This document shows, piece after piece, positions 40,166 through 50,593 of a stretch of 64,000 nucleotides of DNA. Source of the stretch: Candidatus Poribacteria bacterium (GTDB taxonomy: Bacteria; Poribacteria; WGA-4E; WGA-3G); contig OZ251518.1 of the NCBI GenBank assembly GCA_965242965.1, forward strand, positions 4,896,001 through 4,960,000, written 5' to 3'. The position numbers were made by a program, and so were the translations under genes. The notes below the pieces were generated by a model. That model did not search any database. It saw nothing but the letters and a program-made list of their open reading frames with translations, and was not told the DNA's origin. Numbering within the stretch: the stretch's first letter is position 1; every line of letters begins with the position of its first letter.

Positions 40166-41395
40166 TTACCTGTCTACCTCGCCCATCACGATATCAATAC
40201 TGCCGATGATGGCGATGATGTCCGCCACCATGAGCCCGCGACTCAACTCCTGCAGCGCGCTCAAGGCACTGAAGCACGGCGAGCGTCCTTTAACGCGAAC
40301 CGGCTTCGGTGTGCCATCGCTGATGATGTAGAAACCGAGTTCCCCGCGCGGTGCCTCGCTGCGAAAGTAGACCTCGCCTTTCGGGGGCCGGACCGCTTTT
40401 AGATTCGCCATCACGGGCCCGTTGGGGAGCCCTTCTGCCAGAATCTGCCGCACAATCCGAACAGACTCTTTCATCTCGTCCATCCGAATTTTGTAACGAC
40501 TCCAGCAATCCCCGACAACCGCGCCCAACTCCGGCGTATCCTTCGCTACCGGCACGTCAAAATCAAACCTATCGTAAATGGAGTAAGGTTCATCGCGCCG
40601 TAGATCCCAGTCTACCCCAGAGCCGCGCAGATTCGGTCCGGTGGCACCGTAGCTCAGTGCCATCTCCGCGGACATGACGGCCACCCCGGTAGTCCGTTCA
40701 CTGAAGATGCTGTTTTTCGTGAGGAGTTCGTTGTATTCATCGATGAGGGGCTCGAAATAGTCGAGGAAGCGTTCGATTTCGTCCAAAAAATTCTGTTCAG
40801 TCGCCGAGCCGGGTTCCAGCGGTATGATTTCGGATACGCCGCCGATGCGGATGTAGTTATAGGTAAGCCGCGCGCCGCAGACTTTTTCAAACAGCAGGAG
40901 TAGCCGTTCGCGGTCGCGGAAGGCATAGAGAAACGGCGTGAACGCGCCGATGTCCATCCCGTAAGTGCCGAACGACAGCAGATGGCTGGCGATTCGGTTT
41001 AATTCGCAAATCAGCACTCGCAGGTATTCGGCGCGTTCTGGCACGGCGAACTTCCGTTTTTCGTCCGCCGCCAACAATTTCTCAACGGCGAGGCAGAACC
41101 CCCAATTCTGGTTCATCGCCGCGACGTAGTCCATTCTGTCGGTGAACGGGATGATCTGCGGGTAGGAGAGGTTCTCCGAGTGTTTTTCAAAACAGCGGTG
41201 GAGGTATCCGATGTGCGGAATCGCCTCGCGCACCACTTCGCCTTCGAGTCTGAGCTCTAGCCGTAAAACGCCGTGCGTGCTAGGATGCTGGGGTCCCATG
41301 TTCACTACCATTTCATCGGCGAACGGTTTAAGTTCAATGATTTTGCTTTCTGTATTGGGACTCGCTGCCCCGTTTACCTGTTGTGCGGTTTCCAT
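40166..41395 (-). CDS. nuoD: NADH-quinone oxidoreductase subunit D
   Basis: NMGPQHPSTHGVLRL, GYLHRCFEK, EAPRGELG, DIVMGEVDR. Confidence 0.95.
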   Translation of the reverse strand: METAQQVNGAASPNTESKIIELKPFADEMVVNMGPQHPSTHGVLRLELRLEGEVVREAIPHIGYLHRCFEKHSENLSYPQIIPFTDRMDYVAAMNQNWGFCLAVEKLLAADEKRKFAVPERAEYLRVLICELNRIASHLLSFGTYGMDIGAFTPFLYAFRDRERLLLLFEKVCGARLTYNYIRIGGVSEIIPLEPGSATEQNFLDEIERFLDYFEPLIDEYNELLTKNSIFSERTTGVAVMSAEMALSYGATGPNLRGSGVDWDLRRDEPYSIYDRFDFDVPVAKDTPELGAVVGDCWSRYKIRMDEMKESVRIVRQILAEGLPNGPVMANLKAVRPPKGEVYFRSEAPRGELGFYIISDGTPKPVRVKGRSPCFSALSALQELSRGLMVADIIAIIGSIDIVMGEVDR

Positions 41396-41486
41396 AGTGT
41401 CGCGCTCACGCCGCGGATGGCGTGCTACATCGCTCCTCAATGCGTTAATTGTGTTTCCCGTGCGTATCCATTTCGCTTCTCTTAAT

Positions 41487-41515
41487 ATGATACCATTTTT
41501 ACAGCCAAATGTCAA
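41487..41515 (-). promoter_or_regulatory. sigma70-type promoter upstream of nuoD
   Basis: TTGACA-17 nt-TATCAT on the minus strand. Confidence 0.65.
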
Positions 41516-41619
41516 ATTTTAATAGCAGATTTTTTACGTTTTAAGTGACAACCTCCCATTTCATCAGACAATTCTAAACGTTGTCGCGAAAAAATGCAAG
41601 GATTTTAGAGGCATTTAGT

Positions 41620-41942
41620 TGAGGGTGTTTCATAAATCGCTCAACGTCGCGAGGACAGGCCCCGCGCTACGGTAAAAAAACGCCGCCCCTTCACGTAGGG
41701 CGAGGGCCTGTCCCTCGCCATGCCACACGCGCAGGCGAGCGGGGTTCCCTCGCCATGCGTCTTGCTAGCAAACCGCATCACCCCTGTAGGTCAAGAGCAC
41801 CTGCTCTTGACCCGTTCGGGATCAGGCGATCCCGAACTACAGAGATGGGCCCAATGCCTGCCGGTATTCGCCCGCCCTCCAAGGCAGGATAAATACCGAC
41901 TACCGGGTTCATATCGGGACAAGGATGTCCCTCCTACCGGTG
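41620..41942. repeat. REP-like cluster starting with the GGGTGTTTCATAA end motif
   Basis: Near-copy of 260-470. Confidence 0.85.
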
Positions 41943-41961
41943 CGGGGGAGATGCCCCGCGG

Positions 41962-43149
41962 TTAGCCAGCGGCCGTAGCGAAAGTTTCAGGGTTCTCCGC
42001 CGCCGCTTCATAGTCATCAAGTAGTTCCGTAATGCTCGGATTTTCGCCGCAAAGTGGGCAGTCCGCGTCGCGGTAAATTTTCACCTCACGATACGTCATC
42101 CCGAGTGCTTCATAAAGCACGAGTCGGCCGATGAGCGTTTCACCGATACCGATAATATACTTAATCGCCTCGGTGGCCATCATGACACCGATTACGCCTG
42201 GGAGCACGCCCAGGACACCCGCCTCGCTTCAGCTGGGCACCATGCCTGGGGGCGGCGGTGTCGGATACATGCACCGATAGCAAGGTCCTTCGTTCGGCTT
42301 AAAGAGGGTGACTTGCCCCTCAAATTGGAAGATGCTGCCGTGGACGATGGGCTTATTCATCAGCACGGCGGCATCGTTGACGAGGTAGCGCGTCGCGAAG
42401 TTATCGCAGCCATCGACAATCACATCGTATTCGCCGAAGATTTCCTCAACGTTGTCCGTAGTTAATCGGAGATTGTAAGGCGTGATGTCAACGTCCGGGT
42501 TGAGCGACTTAATCGTGGTGGTCGCGGACTGGACTTTCGGTGTGCCGACGGACTCCGTGCGATGGAGGATCTGGCGTTGCAAATTACTCAACTCCACGAC
42601 ATCTGAATCGATGATGCCGAGGTGTCCTACGCCAGCGGCACCGAGGTAAACGCCGGCGGGTGAACCTAAACCGCCCGCGCCGACGAGTAACACTTTGGCA
42701 TCAAGCAGTTTGGATTGCCCTCTTTCGCCGACTTCCGTGAGCATAAAGTGCCGACTATACCGGTCCAACTGTTCGTTGCTCATCGGCTTGTCTTGTGCTG
42801 TTGGGTATCCAGCGGCAGACCAGTCGCGGTATCCGCCGGCCATGGAGACGGTATCCGTGTATCCCATTTCGCGCAGCGATTTTGCGGCGAGCAGGGAGCG
42901 GAGCCCTGCGGCGCAGTAGACGATAACCTTCTGCTCGCGGTCTGGGATATAATTCTCGACAGAAAATTCGAGCATCCCGCGCGTTACATGAACAGCATCG
43001 GGGATATACCCTGCGCGATATTCGTCTTCGTCGCGGACATCAAGGAGCACGAAGTCGGCATCGTCGGCTTGGCTCGCTTTGACTTCGTCCACGGTAACTT
43101 CGGGGATTTCTGTTTTTGCCGCCTCAACGATTTGTCTATAGGATTTCAT
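41962..43149 (-). CDS. moeB: Rhodanese-MoeB/ThiF (MoeZ-like) adenylyltransferase, probable selenoprotein (in-frame UGA at 42229-42231)
   Basis: Rhodanese VYCAAGLRS; RYSRH, GAGGLGS, SNLQRQ, CYRC, then PPPPGMVPS-UGA-SEAGVLGVLPG continuing in frame to CPLC. Confidence 0.88.
42197..42214 (-). promoter_or_regulatory. Candidate bacterial SECIS hairpin
   Basis: CCUGGG-CGUGCU-CCCAGG; the loop starts 20 nt after the UGA and has G at loop position 2. Confidence 0.6.
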
Positions 43150-43257
43150 AAAATTCTCCTGGCGGGTGGAGATACCACTCCACACGAACGATTTTCACAC
43201 GAGTTGCAGTTAAGTATGTTTCACGATTTTGGGCTTCTTTGACAATTCCTACAAGAA

Positions 43258-43286
43258 ATTATACCATAAATTTGTTATATTGTCAA
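43258..43286 (-). promoter_or_regulatory. sigma70 promoter of moeB
   Basis: TTGACA-17 nt-TATAAT with extended TG. Confidence 0.8.
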
Positions 43287-43304
43287 AACTTTTTTAATTC
43301 TGGC

Positions 43305-43740
43305 CCCTGGAGCAGGATAGGAGCAGGATAGGAGCAGGATTTACAAGATTATCACGATTAGCAAGAGACTGTAGTTCGGGAGCACCTGCTCCCGAACCGG
43401 CGCATGGAGAGGAAAACCCTTTCCTGGCCCGTAGCGCGGGGGCCTGTCCCCCGCGATCGTTCACGTGAAAAAAAACCCTCTTCAGGTCCTTTAGGTCCTG
43501 CATGTCTATAGTATCCCGCCGACCGAAAAAAAGCCCTAAGGTCCTTTAGGTCCTTAATCTGCAGCAGCTGCATCGCCGTAGAAAACATTAAGGTCCTAAA
43601 GGACCTTGCGGACTTGGCGGCCAGCGCGTGCTATAGACATTCAGGTCCTACGGACCTAAAACCGTTACCTGGCCCGTAGCGCGGGGGCCTATCCCCCGCG
43701 ATCGCACGACCTGCGCGAAAAACGCCAGCCAAAACCGTTT
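43305..43740. repeat. Mixed REP-like, ladder and ATAG palindrome cluster
   Basis: Same families as at 548-722 and 2304-2420. Confidence 0.88.
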
Positions 43741-43948
43741 CCCATCCCGCGCCAGCGGGATGAATTCTGGGTGGAAAAAAATTTAACTAGGAAAGAAAAA
43801 AGCAGTGTGATATACTGTTCATGTCAGGAAACTTCATGGGGTGTCTCCTAAAATGTTTTTGGTTCTTCATGCTAGGATACCCCATCTCCTAACGTTTTCC
43901 AACGATTTATGAAACACCCTCAGCCTTAAATACTTGTCAGGAGGAAAA

Positions 43949-44167
43949 ATGGATACGCAACATACCTACACCGCTCATATTGAACACCACGGTGAGTGGT
44001 GGATTGGGTGGATCCTCGAGGTTTCTGGCGTAACGTGCCAAGAACGGACGCGAGAGGAATTGCTGGAATCGCTCAAAATGACGCTGCTTGAAATTTTAGC
44101 GTATGACGAAGAGCAAGCACGTCAACGAGCAATCCACGAATACGAGGAAATCAAGATTGCCGTATGA
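43949..44167 (+). CDS. hicB: HicB-like antitoxin (short form)
   Basis: WWIGWILEVSGVTCQERTREELLESL; AGGAGG RBS; overlaps hicA (ATGA). Confidence 0.85.
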   Translation: MDTQHTYTAHIEHHGEWWIGWILEVSGVTCQERTREELLESLKMTLLEILAYDEEQARQRAIHEYEEIKIAV

Positions 44168-44349
44168 AACGGACCCAATTAATCAGGCATCTCACCCGAC
44201 ACGGATGCAAATTGGTGCGTGAAGGCAGAAGCCACTCGTTGTGGGGCAATCCTGAACTTGGCACTCGTGCCGCAGTCCCTAGGCACCAAGAAATTAATAA
44301 TCATCTGGCCCGGGAAATCTGCAAGGAACTAGAGATTCCCCGGATTTAA
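44164..44349 (+). CDS. hicA: HicA mRNA interferase toxin
   Basis: MKRTQLIRHL..HGC.LVREGRSHS...VPRH.EI...LAREICKEL. Confidence 0.9.
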   Translation: MKRTQLIRHLTRHGCKLVREGRSHSLWGNPELGTRAAVPRHQEINNHLAREICKELEIPRI

Positions 44350-44388
44350 TGGGATTGAGCCCACTATTCTCAATAACGACACCGGTTA

Positions 44389-47300
44389 CTACTGAGAAAG
44401 CGTAACCCGCTCATTCGCGGCAAGATGGAATGTCCCTTCTTGGATGAGGCTGTCCACGAGAGGACGCATCCGCTGCACCAGCATCCTGCCGGTAGATTTG
44501 TAACCGAAGAGTTTCGCCGCTTCGGTGACGAGGGCATCGGGAGGCATGGAGCCCTGTGCCTCAAGCACCTGTTTCATCGCCGCGGCGATTTCTTCATCGC
44601 AGATCCACTCAATATTCAGGTTTTTCCGGCGGCGCACCTGAAGAGCACGCTCCTCGACTGTCCATAAGAAATCCCCTTTACGTTGCACGCGCCGGTTTGC
44701 CATCCGCTTTCGCTGCGCTGTCAAAATGCCCGCCTCAATTGCATCCTTAATTCGCGCGCCTGCCCGCTTGACACCCCACAAGGAACGAATGCGGAAGACC
44801 ACGGCATCAACATGGACAGGGCTTTCAACCTCCACTACCTGCTCAATGGCTAGCGCAAGCTGGCCAGGGGCTTGCTCGGGTAACGTGCCGCGGATCTGGA
44901 TGCCCAAATCGGTGCATTCAACGTAAGCATGCTGTTCGGACGGCGGTGGCGTTGCCGGCTGTGGTGGCGTTGCCGGTGTGCTTTCTTCTTCCGGGGGTTC
45001 ATCAGGAGGAGTTAACACAGGTTCTTCTGCTTTTGGCGGCGGTTCTTTTGGCGTTGCGATTTTGGCGCGTTCAACTGCTGCTAATAGCCGCTGTCCGGTT
45101 TCCGCGCGATGCCGATACCAATCAGTAGACCAGATGCGGTGAATCGTCCACCCTAATCCCTCCAACACCTGCTGTCTCAGCCGGTCCCTATCTCGCGCCA
45201 CGGGCGAACTGTGATACCGCGCGCCATCGCATTCAACGCCGAGAAGATACCGGCCCGGGGATGCAGCATCTGTTACGGCAAGATCGATGCGATAACCTGC
45301 GCATCCTACCTGTTTGCTAACGGTGTAGCCGTGGTTTGTGAGGAACTCATAGACTGCATCCTCAAACGGCGAATCGGTATCGCCGCCTGTCGGCATCGCA
45401 GTTTGCAAGTTCCGATTCTCGGCATAGTCAAGGAAGGTTTTTAGGGCCCGCACGCCGAACGGGGCACTCTCGTCTATGTGCAGCTCTGCCGCGCGGAAAT
45501 TGGAGAAGACGACGCACCGCTCCCTCGCGCGCGTGATGAGAACGTTCAAACGGCGATGCCCACCTTCTTGGTTAAGCGGGCCGAAGTTGCGATGAAGTCG
45601 TCTTGTCCCATCTTTTCCATAACCGATGCTGAGGAAGATGACATCGCGTTCATCTCCCTGAATCGTCTCCAGATTCTTGACGAAGAAATGTTCGTCACGG
45701 GTGCTGGCGAAGAAGGTTTCCATCTCTGGATGCTGACGCAACTGGAGTTCCACTTCGTCAAAGATGGCTTGTTGCTGTTTGCTACTGAAGGTGCCGACAC
45801 CGAGGCTTTTGTCCGGATACTCCTGAAAATGCTGAAAAGCGGCTTGGACGACAGCTGCCGCCTCTTTCCGATTGGCAGCACTGCGTCCCCTGTCGTAAAC
45901 CGCCTCTGGCAGATGGACAAACTTCAGTCCGAGGTGTTTCACATCTTCAAGCGGCGAAGGGAAAATGAGCAGGTTGTTGTCATAGAATTCCTGATTGGAA
46001 ACGGCGATGAGCGACTCGTGTCGGCTGCGATAGTGCCACTTTAACGCCTTCGTCGGAAACGCCATTTTGCAGTGGTGCAGAATGCTCTCCACATCAAGGA
46101 GCGTGGTGGTGCCATCGTCGGTATCCGCTTCGGTATCGTCAACGATGCTGTCAAAGAAACGGGTGGGTGGTAACTGCCGCGTATCGCCGATGACGACGGC
46201 TTGTTTGCCTCGTAAAAGCGCGCCGAGCGCGTCTTCTGGCCGGATCTGACTCGCTTCGTCAAACACGATAACGTCAAAGTTGAGCAAACTCGGGTCGCAG
46301 AATTGCGCAACAGATAGCGGGCTCATCATAAAGCACGGCTTAACTTTCTGGATCAAACCGCCGACGGTAGAAAGCAGTTTTCGGATGGGCATGTGGCCGC
46401 GCTTGCGGTTAAATTGCCCGTGGAGGATGCCGACTTCGGAGTCACGGGATGCACCGTCAATCAGACGCGGGCGGTTTTGATGCAACCGAGCGACAAGCCG
46501 TTGTTGATTCACTTTGAACGACGCATTGTCATGCTCGCGGAAATCTGCAATCTTTTTTTCGTGCAGTTCGCGTGAAAAGCCCTGCAGTGGTAGACGTTCC
46601 ATGAACGCCTCATGGAGGAGAGCATCGGCGAGGTTGCCCTCAAAACAGGCAACTAAATCTGCCGGTTCAAGTGCCGCCATGTGTTCCAAAATCGGTTTCG
46701 CAATCGTCTCTTGGCACGCTTCACGCCGCATCATAAACTGTCCCCAAGCCGTCAATTGCGAACGCGCGTCCCGCCATGAATCAAGCCGCGCGCGGAGTTC
46801 CGCAAAGGAGAGGTTTTCCTCAGACTCTCCGAAGAGGCGTTCGGCATCGGTACCGAGGCGTTGAAAGAGCCGATTGCGCTGCGCCACAAACTCGCTTTCG
46901 GCGGCGGTAATTTGAGCGACGAGCGTCTCAATTTGTTCGCGCGGGATACCTGCGCTAACGATGGCCACGGCATCTACGGCATCTTCTGTCAAAGTGCCAT
47001 CAAGCAGACAGCCGCGGAATTCGACAATCCATTCGGCAAATGCGCGCAGGAAGTCTGCATCGCTGTTTTCACCGAGCCAGTGCTCGCCGAAGAGTGCGCG
47101 CCCGGTTTGTTCGCGTTCCTGCAGTGCTTTTCGGAGATGGATGCAGTGTGCTAATTCGCCGAGTTCACTGATAAGCACCTCTGGTTTTCGGGGTGCGGTT
47201 GCTTTGTAAAAACTTTGGAATTCGCGGTTGATGAACCGGTAGCGGCTGTTCAAAATGCGGAACCAACTTGCCGACAAGACTTTATACTCGTCAAGGAGAT

Positions 47301-49128
47301 TCGCGAAGTCTTGTGTTAAGGCAGTTGACGTAAATTTTGCGTTCGCCGAGGCAAGTGCATTTTGCAAATCCTCAACCTCAGCAATCAAGGCTGCTGCGTC
47401 TGTATTCTGCCTGTCCCACGCCGTATTCAACAGCATGTCGCGTGCGGCGGGGATGGCTCTTTTCATCACGTCTGCGCCTTGCATCGCGCGTGAGAGTGCG
47501 GCGAGGGTATCAGGAAGGTGAAATTTGCATGCCTCAACGCAGGGAATGAACGCCGCTTCTAGCGCATCCAATGCGTTTTTGCACGTCTCAATCAGCGTGC
47601 TGATTTCTCCTTCAACGAGCGGCGTGATGACACCCGGCACACAGCCACGCCACGGATGCTCGGCAATCGGCATGACATGCGGTAGCAGCGCTGCTACATT
47701 CTCAAGTTGCAACTTCGCCGCGTCCCAGTCTCCCCGGTTGCTTTCAGATGGGTTATTGAACCGCGCCGACATCATCTCGCGTCCGGCGTTCTCAAAATGC
47801 CGGCGCGCGTTCTCCCGAATCCCGAATAGCATATAGGGCGATTTCCCTGTCTCGCCGATGGGTTCATGCAAGGCGTTGACATACGCGTTGAGCTCTGCCT
47901 TCTGCGAATCAACATCGGAAAAGAGACTATCCGCTTGATTTAACTGCGGCGGGTGAGCAGAGAAGGTGCGTTCCAACGCTTGCAACACCTCACGTTTATT
48001 GGACTTGTGGCTGTGCAATTCCAAGCAGAAATCGCCGAGTCCCACCCGGTCCAACCGACTTTTCACCACCTCAAGGGCGGCCATTTTTTCACTGACGAAC
48101 AGGACATTTTTGCCAGCGGCGAGCAGTTCGGCGATGATATTGGTAATCGTTTGGGACTTCCCGGTGCCAGGCGGTCCTTCCACTACCAAACTCTTGCCTA
48201 CCTTGATGTCCTCAATGACTGCGATTTGTGACGAGTCCGCGTCCATGACGTGATAGAAAGTCTCGCTAGATTGCTTGTCTACCTCATCGGGTTGAAAGCC
48301 GCCACCTCCGCCTCCCCCGCTCCCGGTTGTCTCGCCAAAAATCCTTCCGAGTAGCGGATGGGTATCCACATTCCACCCCTCGGGCTCTAAATCTTTATAC
48401 ATCACAAATTTGGTGAAACTGAAGAATTCAAGGTAAATGTCCGGCACAACGCGCCAATTTTCCTGTCCGGTGATTGCATCGTTAACAGCCTGAAAATAGG
48501 CATCAATGGCGGCCTTGTCTTCGGGCGTTTCGAGAGGGGGCAATTCCAGGCTCTGCTCCGCCAGTTTTGCCTCCAGCGAGAGATTCGGTGACAGTTCCGC
48601 GCCGCTCCATTTGAGACTGAATCGGGTGCGCACCTTCTGGCGTTCCAATTCGACAGGAATGAGCAGGAGTGGGGCGCGATGCCTACTTTCAGAGCTCGCG
48701 CTTTCTGTCCACTCCAAGAACCCCATGGCGAGATAGAGGACAGAATAGCCTTGCTCCTCAAAGACAGAACGCGCCTGCTGATGGATGTAATACAACCGCT
48801 TCTGAAGTTCGTCTCCCGGCAGAGAGGTTTGCAAATGCCGGTCTGTGTGATGTTCCGCGGGTTCGGTAGCATCATCCACCCACGGCATCGGTGCAGCTTC
48901 ATCGTCTTCAACCTCGGATACCACCGTATTTTCGGAAGGCTTGAATTGCATCGTCCGTTCGCCGAGGACGAGAATGTCAAAAACCTCTTTCGGGATTTCA
49001 TCAATTACCTGAATGCTACGCCGTCGGCTTGGCCGGAAATTGAGGAGACGGTTTCTTCCTGTCAGATCGAGGAGATTCTGCCGCGCGGCTTGCAGCTGCT
49101 CGGCGATATTTCGATTCCGATTTTTCAT
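44389..49128 (-). CDS. DUF4011-SF1 helicase-Vsr-like nuclease-DUF3320 protein (Hhe-type defence helicase)
   Basis: LLDLTGRNRLLNF, GPPGTGKSQT, FDEASQ, HYRSRHESLI, QGDERD, SPFE...IDLAV...ECDG..YHS, RIWSTDW. Confidence 0.9.
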   Translation of the reverse strand: MKNRNRNIAEQLQAARQNLLDLTGRNRLLNFRPSRRRSIQVIDEIPKEVFDILVLGERTMQFKPSENTVVSEVEDDEAAPMPWVDDATEPAEHHTDRHLQTSLPGDELQKRLYYIHQQARSVFEEQGYSVLYLAMGFLEWTESASSESRHRAPLLLIPVELERQKVRTRFSLKWSGAELSPNLSLEAKLAEQSLELPPLETPEDKAAIDAYFQAVNDAITGQENWRVVPDIYLEFFSFTKFVMYKDLEPEGWNVDTHPLLGRIFGETTGSGGGGGGGFQPDEVDKQSSETFYHVMDADSSQIAVIEDIKVGKSLVVEGPPGTGKSQTITNIIAELLAAGKNVLFVSEKMAALEVVKSRLDRVGLGDFCLELHSHKSNKREVLQALERTFSAHPPQLNQADSLFSDVDSQKAELNAYVNALHEPIGETGKSPYMLFGIRENARRHFENAGREMMSARFNNPSESNRGDWDAAKLQLENVAALLPHVMPIAEHPWRGCVPGVITPLVEGEISTLIETCKNALDALEAAFIPCVEACKFHLPDTLAALSRAMQGADVMKRAIPAARDMLLNTAWDRQNTDAAALIAEVEDLQNALASANAKFTSTALTQDFANLLDEYKVLSASWFRILNSRYRFINREFQSFYKATAPRKPEVLISELGELAHCIHLRKALQEREQTGRALFGEHWLGENSDADFLRAFAEWIVEFRGCLLDGTLTEDAVDAVAIVSAGIPREQIETLVAQITAAESEFVAQRNRLFQRLGTDAERLFGESEENLSFAELRARLDSWRDARSQLTAWGQFMMRREACQETIAKPILEHMAALEPADLVACFEGNLADALLHEAFMERLPLQGFSRELHEKKIADFREHDNASFKVNQQRLVARLHQNRPRLIDGASRDSEVGILHGQFNRKRGHMPIRKLLSTVGGLIQKVKPCFMMSPLSVAQFCDPSLLNFDVIVFDEASQIRPEDALGALLRGKQAVVIGDTRQLPPTRFFDSIVDDTEADTDDGTTTLLDVESILHHCKMAFPTKALKWHYRSRHESLIAVSNQEFYDNNLLIFPSPLEDVKHLGLKFVHLPEAVYDRGRSAANRKEAAAVVQAAFQHFQEYPDKSLGVGTFSSKQQQAIFDEVELQLRQHPEMETFFASTRDEHFFVKNLETIQGDERDVIFLSIGYGKDGTRRLHRNFGPLNQEGGHRRLNVLITRARERCVVFSNFRAAELHIDESAPFGVRALKTFLDYAENRNLQTAMPTGGDTDSPFEDAVYEFLTNHGYTVSKQVGCAGYRIDLAVTDAASPGRYLLGVECDGARYHSSPVARDRDRLRQQVLEGLGWTIHRIWSTDWYRHRAETGQRLLAAVERAKIATPKEPPPKAEEPVLTPPDEPPEEESTPATPPQPATPPPSEQHAYVECTDLGIQIRGTLPEQAPGQLALAIEQVVEVESPVHVDAVVFRIRSLWGVKRAGARIKDAIEAGILTAQRKRMANRRVQRKGDFLWTVEERALQVRRRKNLNIEWICDEEIAAAMKQVLEAQGSMPPDALVTEAAKLFGYKSTGRMLVQRMRPLVDSLIQEGTFHLAANERVTLSQ

Positions 49129-49134
49129 GATTTC

Positions 49135-50322
49135 CTACCAATTCGCCTTCCTATCCTGCCACAGATGCGCCTTGACAGCATCCTCGTTGAGCTCAGTGCC
49201 CCAACCGGGACGCGTCGGCGTTTTCATGAAGCCGTCAACGATTTCTGGAGTATGCGTCGTCAAATCGTCTTTCCACGGGACATCGTCAATATCAATCTCC
49301 ATGATTCGCACGTTCGGCAGCACTGCACAGAGACTCGCGCTCATGAAGGAAGAGAGGTGGCTGTAGTAGTTGTGCGGCGCGACATTGAGTTGATACACCT
49401 CCGCCACGTCACCAATTTTCTTCGATTGCGAGAAGCCGTTCCACGGCACGTCTATCATGAAGACATCGGCGGCGCGCGCCTCAAAATAGGGGAGATAATC
49501 GCGCATGTAATAGAGATTCTCGCCGGTGCAGATTTTCGTCGTCGTGGCATCCTTAATCTGACGGATGGCTTCGGGCGAATACATGTCAATCTCTAACCAC
49601 AGCAAATCGAACGGTTCCAACGCCTTAGCGATGCGCATGCACGCCTCCGGCTTAAAGTTGAAGTTGAGATCGAGATTGATGCCGACATCCGGGCCGACTG
49701 CCTCGCGGAATGTGCCGATTAAGGTGACGATATGCCGCAGCAATTCAGAACTCACATTGCCATCGGTAGTGCCCTGTCCGCCGCCGAAACCGCTGAAGTA
49801 GACAGAGCTCGGGTCACCGGGGATGACGATATTCGTTTTGAGCGCAGTGAAGCCTTTCTCAACAACTTCGCGTCCGAGTGCGGCGATGTCGTCCATCGTC
49901 CTTAAAGGCGGCACGCCTAGGAGTTCAAAATTGCGAGCACGCGAGGTACCACAGTGGGACCAGTAGACGCGGACATCGTCACGCGTGGGCCCGCCGAACA
50001 ATTCCACGACAGAAATACCCAACGCTTTCGCTTTGATATCAACGAGGGCACATTCAATTCCAGCGATTGCCTTAGCGGCAATGCCGCCGGGGCTCTGCCG
50101 TGAACCACGAATCATGTCCCAGAACCGCATCTCATACGCGCCCGGGTCTTTCCCAATAAGCAACGGAGCCAGGTCGCGGATGGTGCCAGCCACGCCGTTG
50201 GGACTTCTACCGTCGCTACACTCGCCGTAGCCGGTGATGCCTTCGTCGGTTTCAACCTTGACGAAAATCCAAGGTCTCCAGCCAGCATCGACGATAAAGG
50301 TTTCAATGTTTGTAATTTTCAT
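49135..50322 (-). CDS. Mandelate racemase/muconate lactonizing enolase-superfamily dehydratase
   Basis: VKVETDEGITGYGE, DIKAKALG, TGEN, APHN, PGWG; start at MKITNIETF with AAGGAG. Confidence 0.9.
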   Translation of the reverse strand: MKITNIETFIVDAGWRPWIFVKVETDEGITGYGECSDGRSPNGVAGTIRDLAPLLIGKDPGAYEMRFWDMIRGSRQSPGGIAAKAIAGIECALVDIKAKALGISVVELFGGPTRDDVRVYWSHCGTSRARNFELLGVPPLRTMDDIAALGREVVEKGFTALKTNIVIPGDPSSVYFSGFGGGQGTTDGNVSSELLRHIVTLIGTFREAVGPDVGINLDLNFNFKPEACMRIAKALEPFDLLWLEIDMYSPEAIRQIKDATTTKICTGENLYYMRDYLPYFEARAADVFMIDVPWNGFSQSKKIGDVAEVYQLNVAPHNYYSHLSSFMSASLCAVLPNVRIMEIDIDDVPWKDDLTTHTPEIVDGFMKTPTRPGWGTELNEDAVKAHLWQDRKANW

Positions 50323-50339
50323 CGTTTTCTCCTTATTTT

Positions 50340-50580
50340 CTCCGGTAGGCGGGACATCCCTGTCCCGATGCCGAATTTTTTCCGGTAGGCGGGACATCCC
50401 TGTCCCGATATCCCTCTTCGGTAGGCGGGACATCCCTGTCCCGATACGAAAAATTGAGACCAGGAGGTCGCTCCTACCGAAACCGAATTGCATCGAGACC
50501 GGGAGGGCTCTCCTACCCGAAGAAATCGAGACCGGGAGGTCTCTCCTACGCCGGTAGGCGGGACATCCTTGTCCCGAATC
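50340..50580. repeat. REP-like tandem cluster
   Basis: Four GTAGGCGGGACATCC(C/T)TGTCCCG copies and three GAGACC(A/G)GGAGG.C.CTCCTAC copies. Confidence 0.9.
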
Positions 50581-50593
50581 CGATGCATCGCCG

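Noticed and set aside
42229-42231. moeB as a nonsense pseudogene or an alternative genetic code
   Set aside because: The UGA sits exactly at the conserved Cys with an intact downstream frame and hairpin, while other genes (for example hicB and the TIR gene) use TGA as a normal stop.
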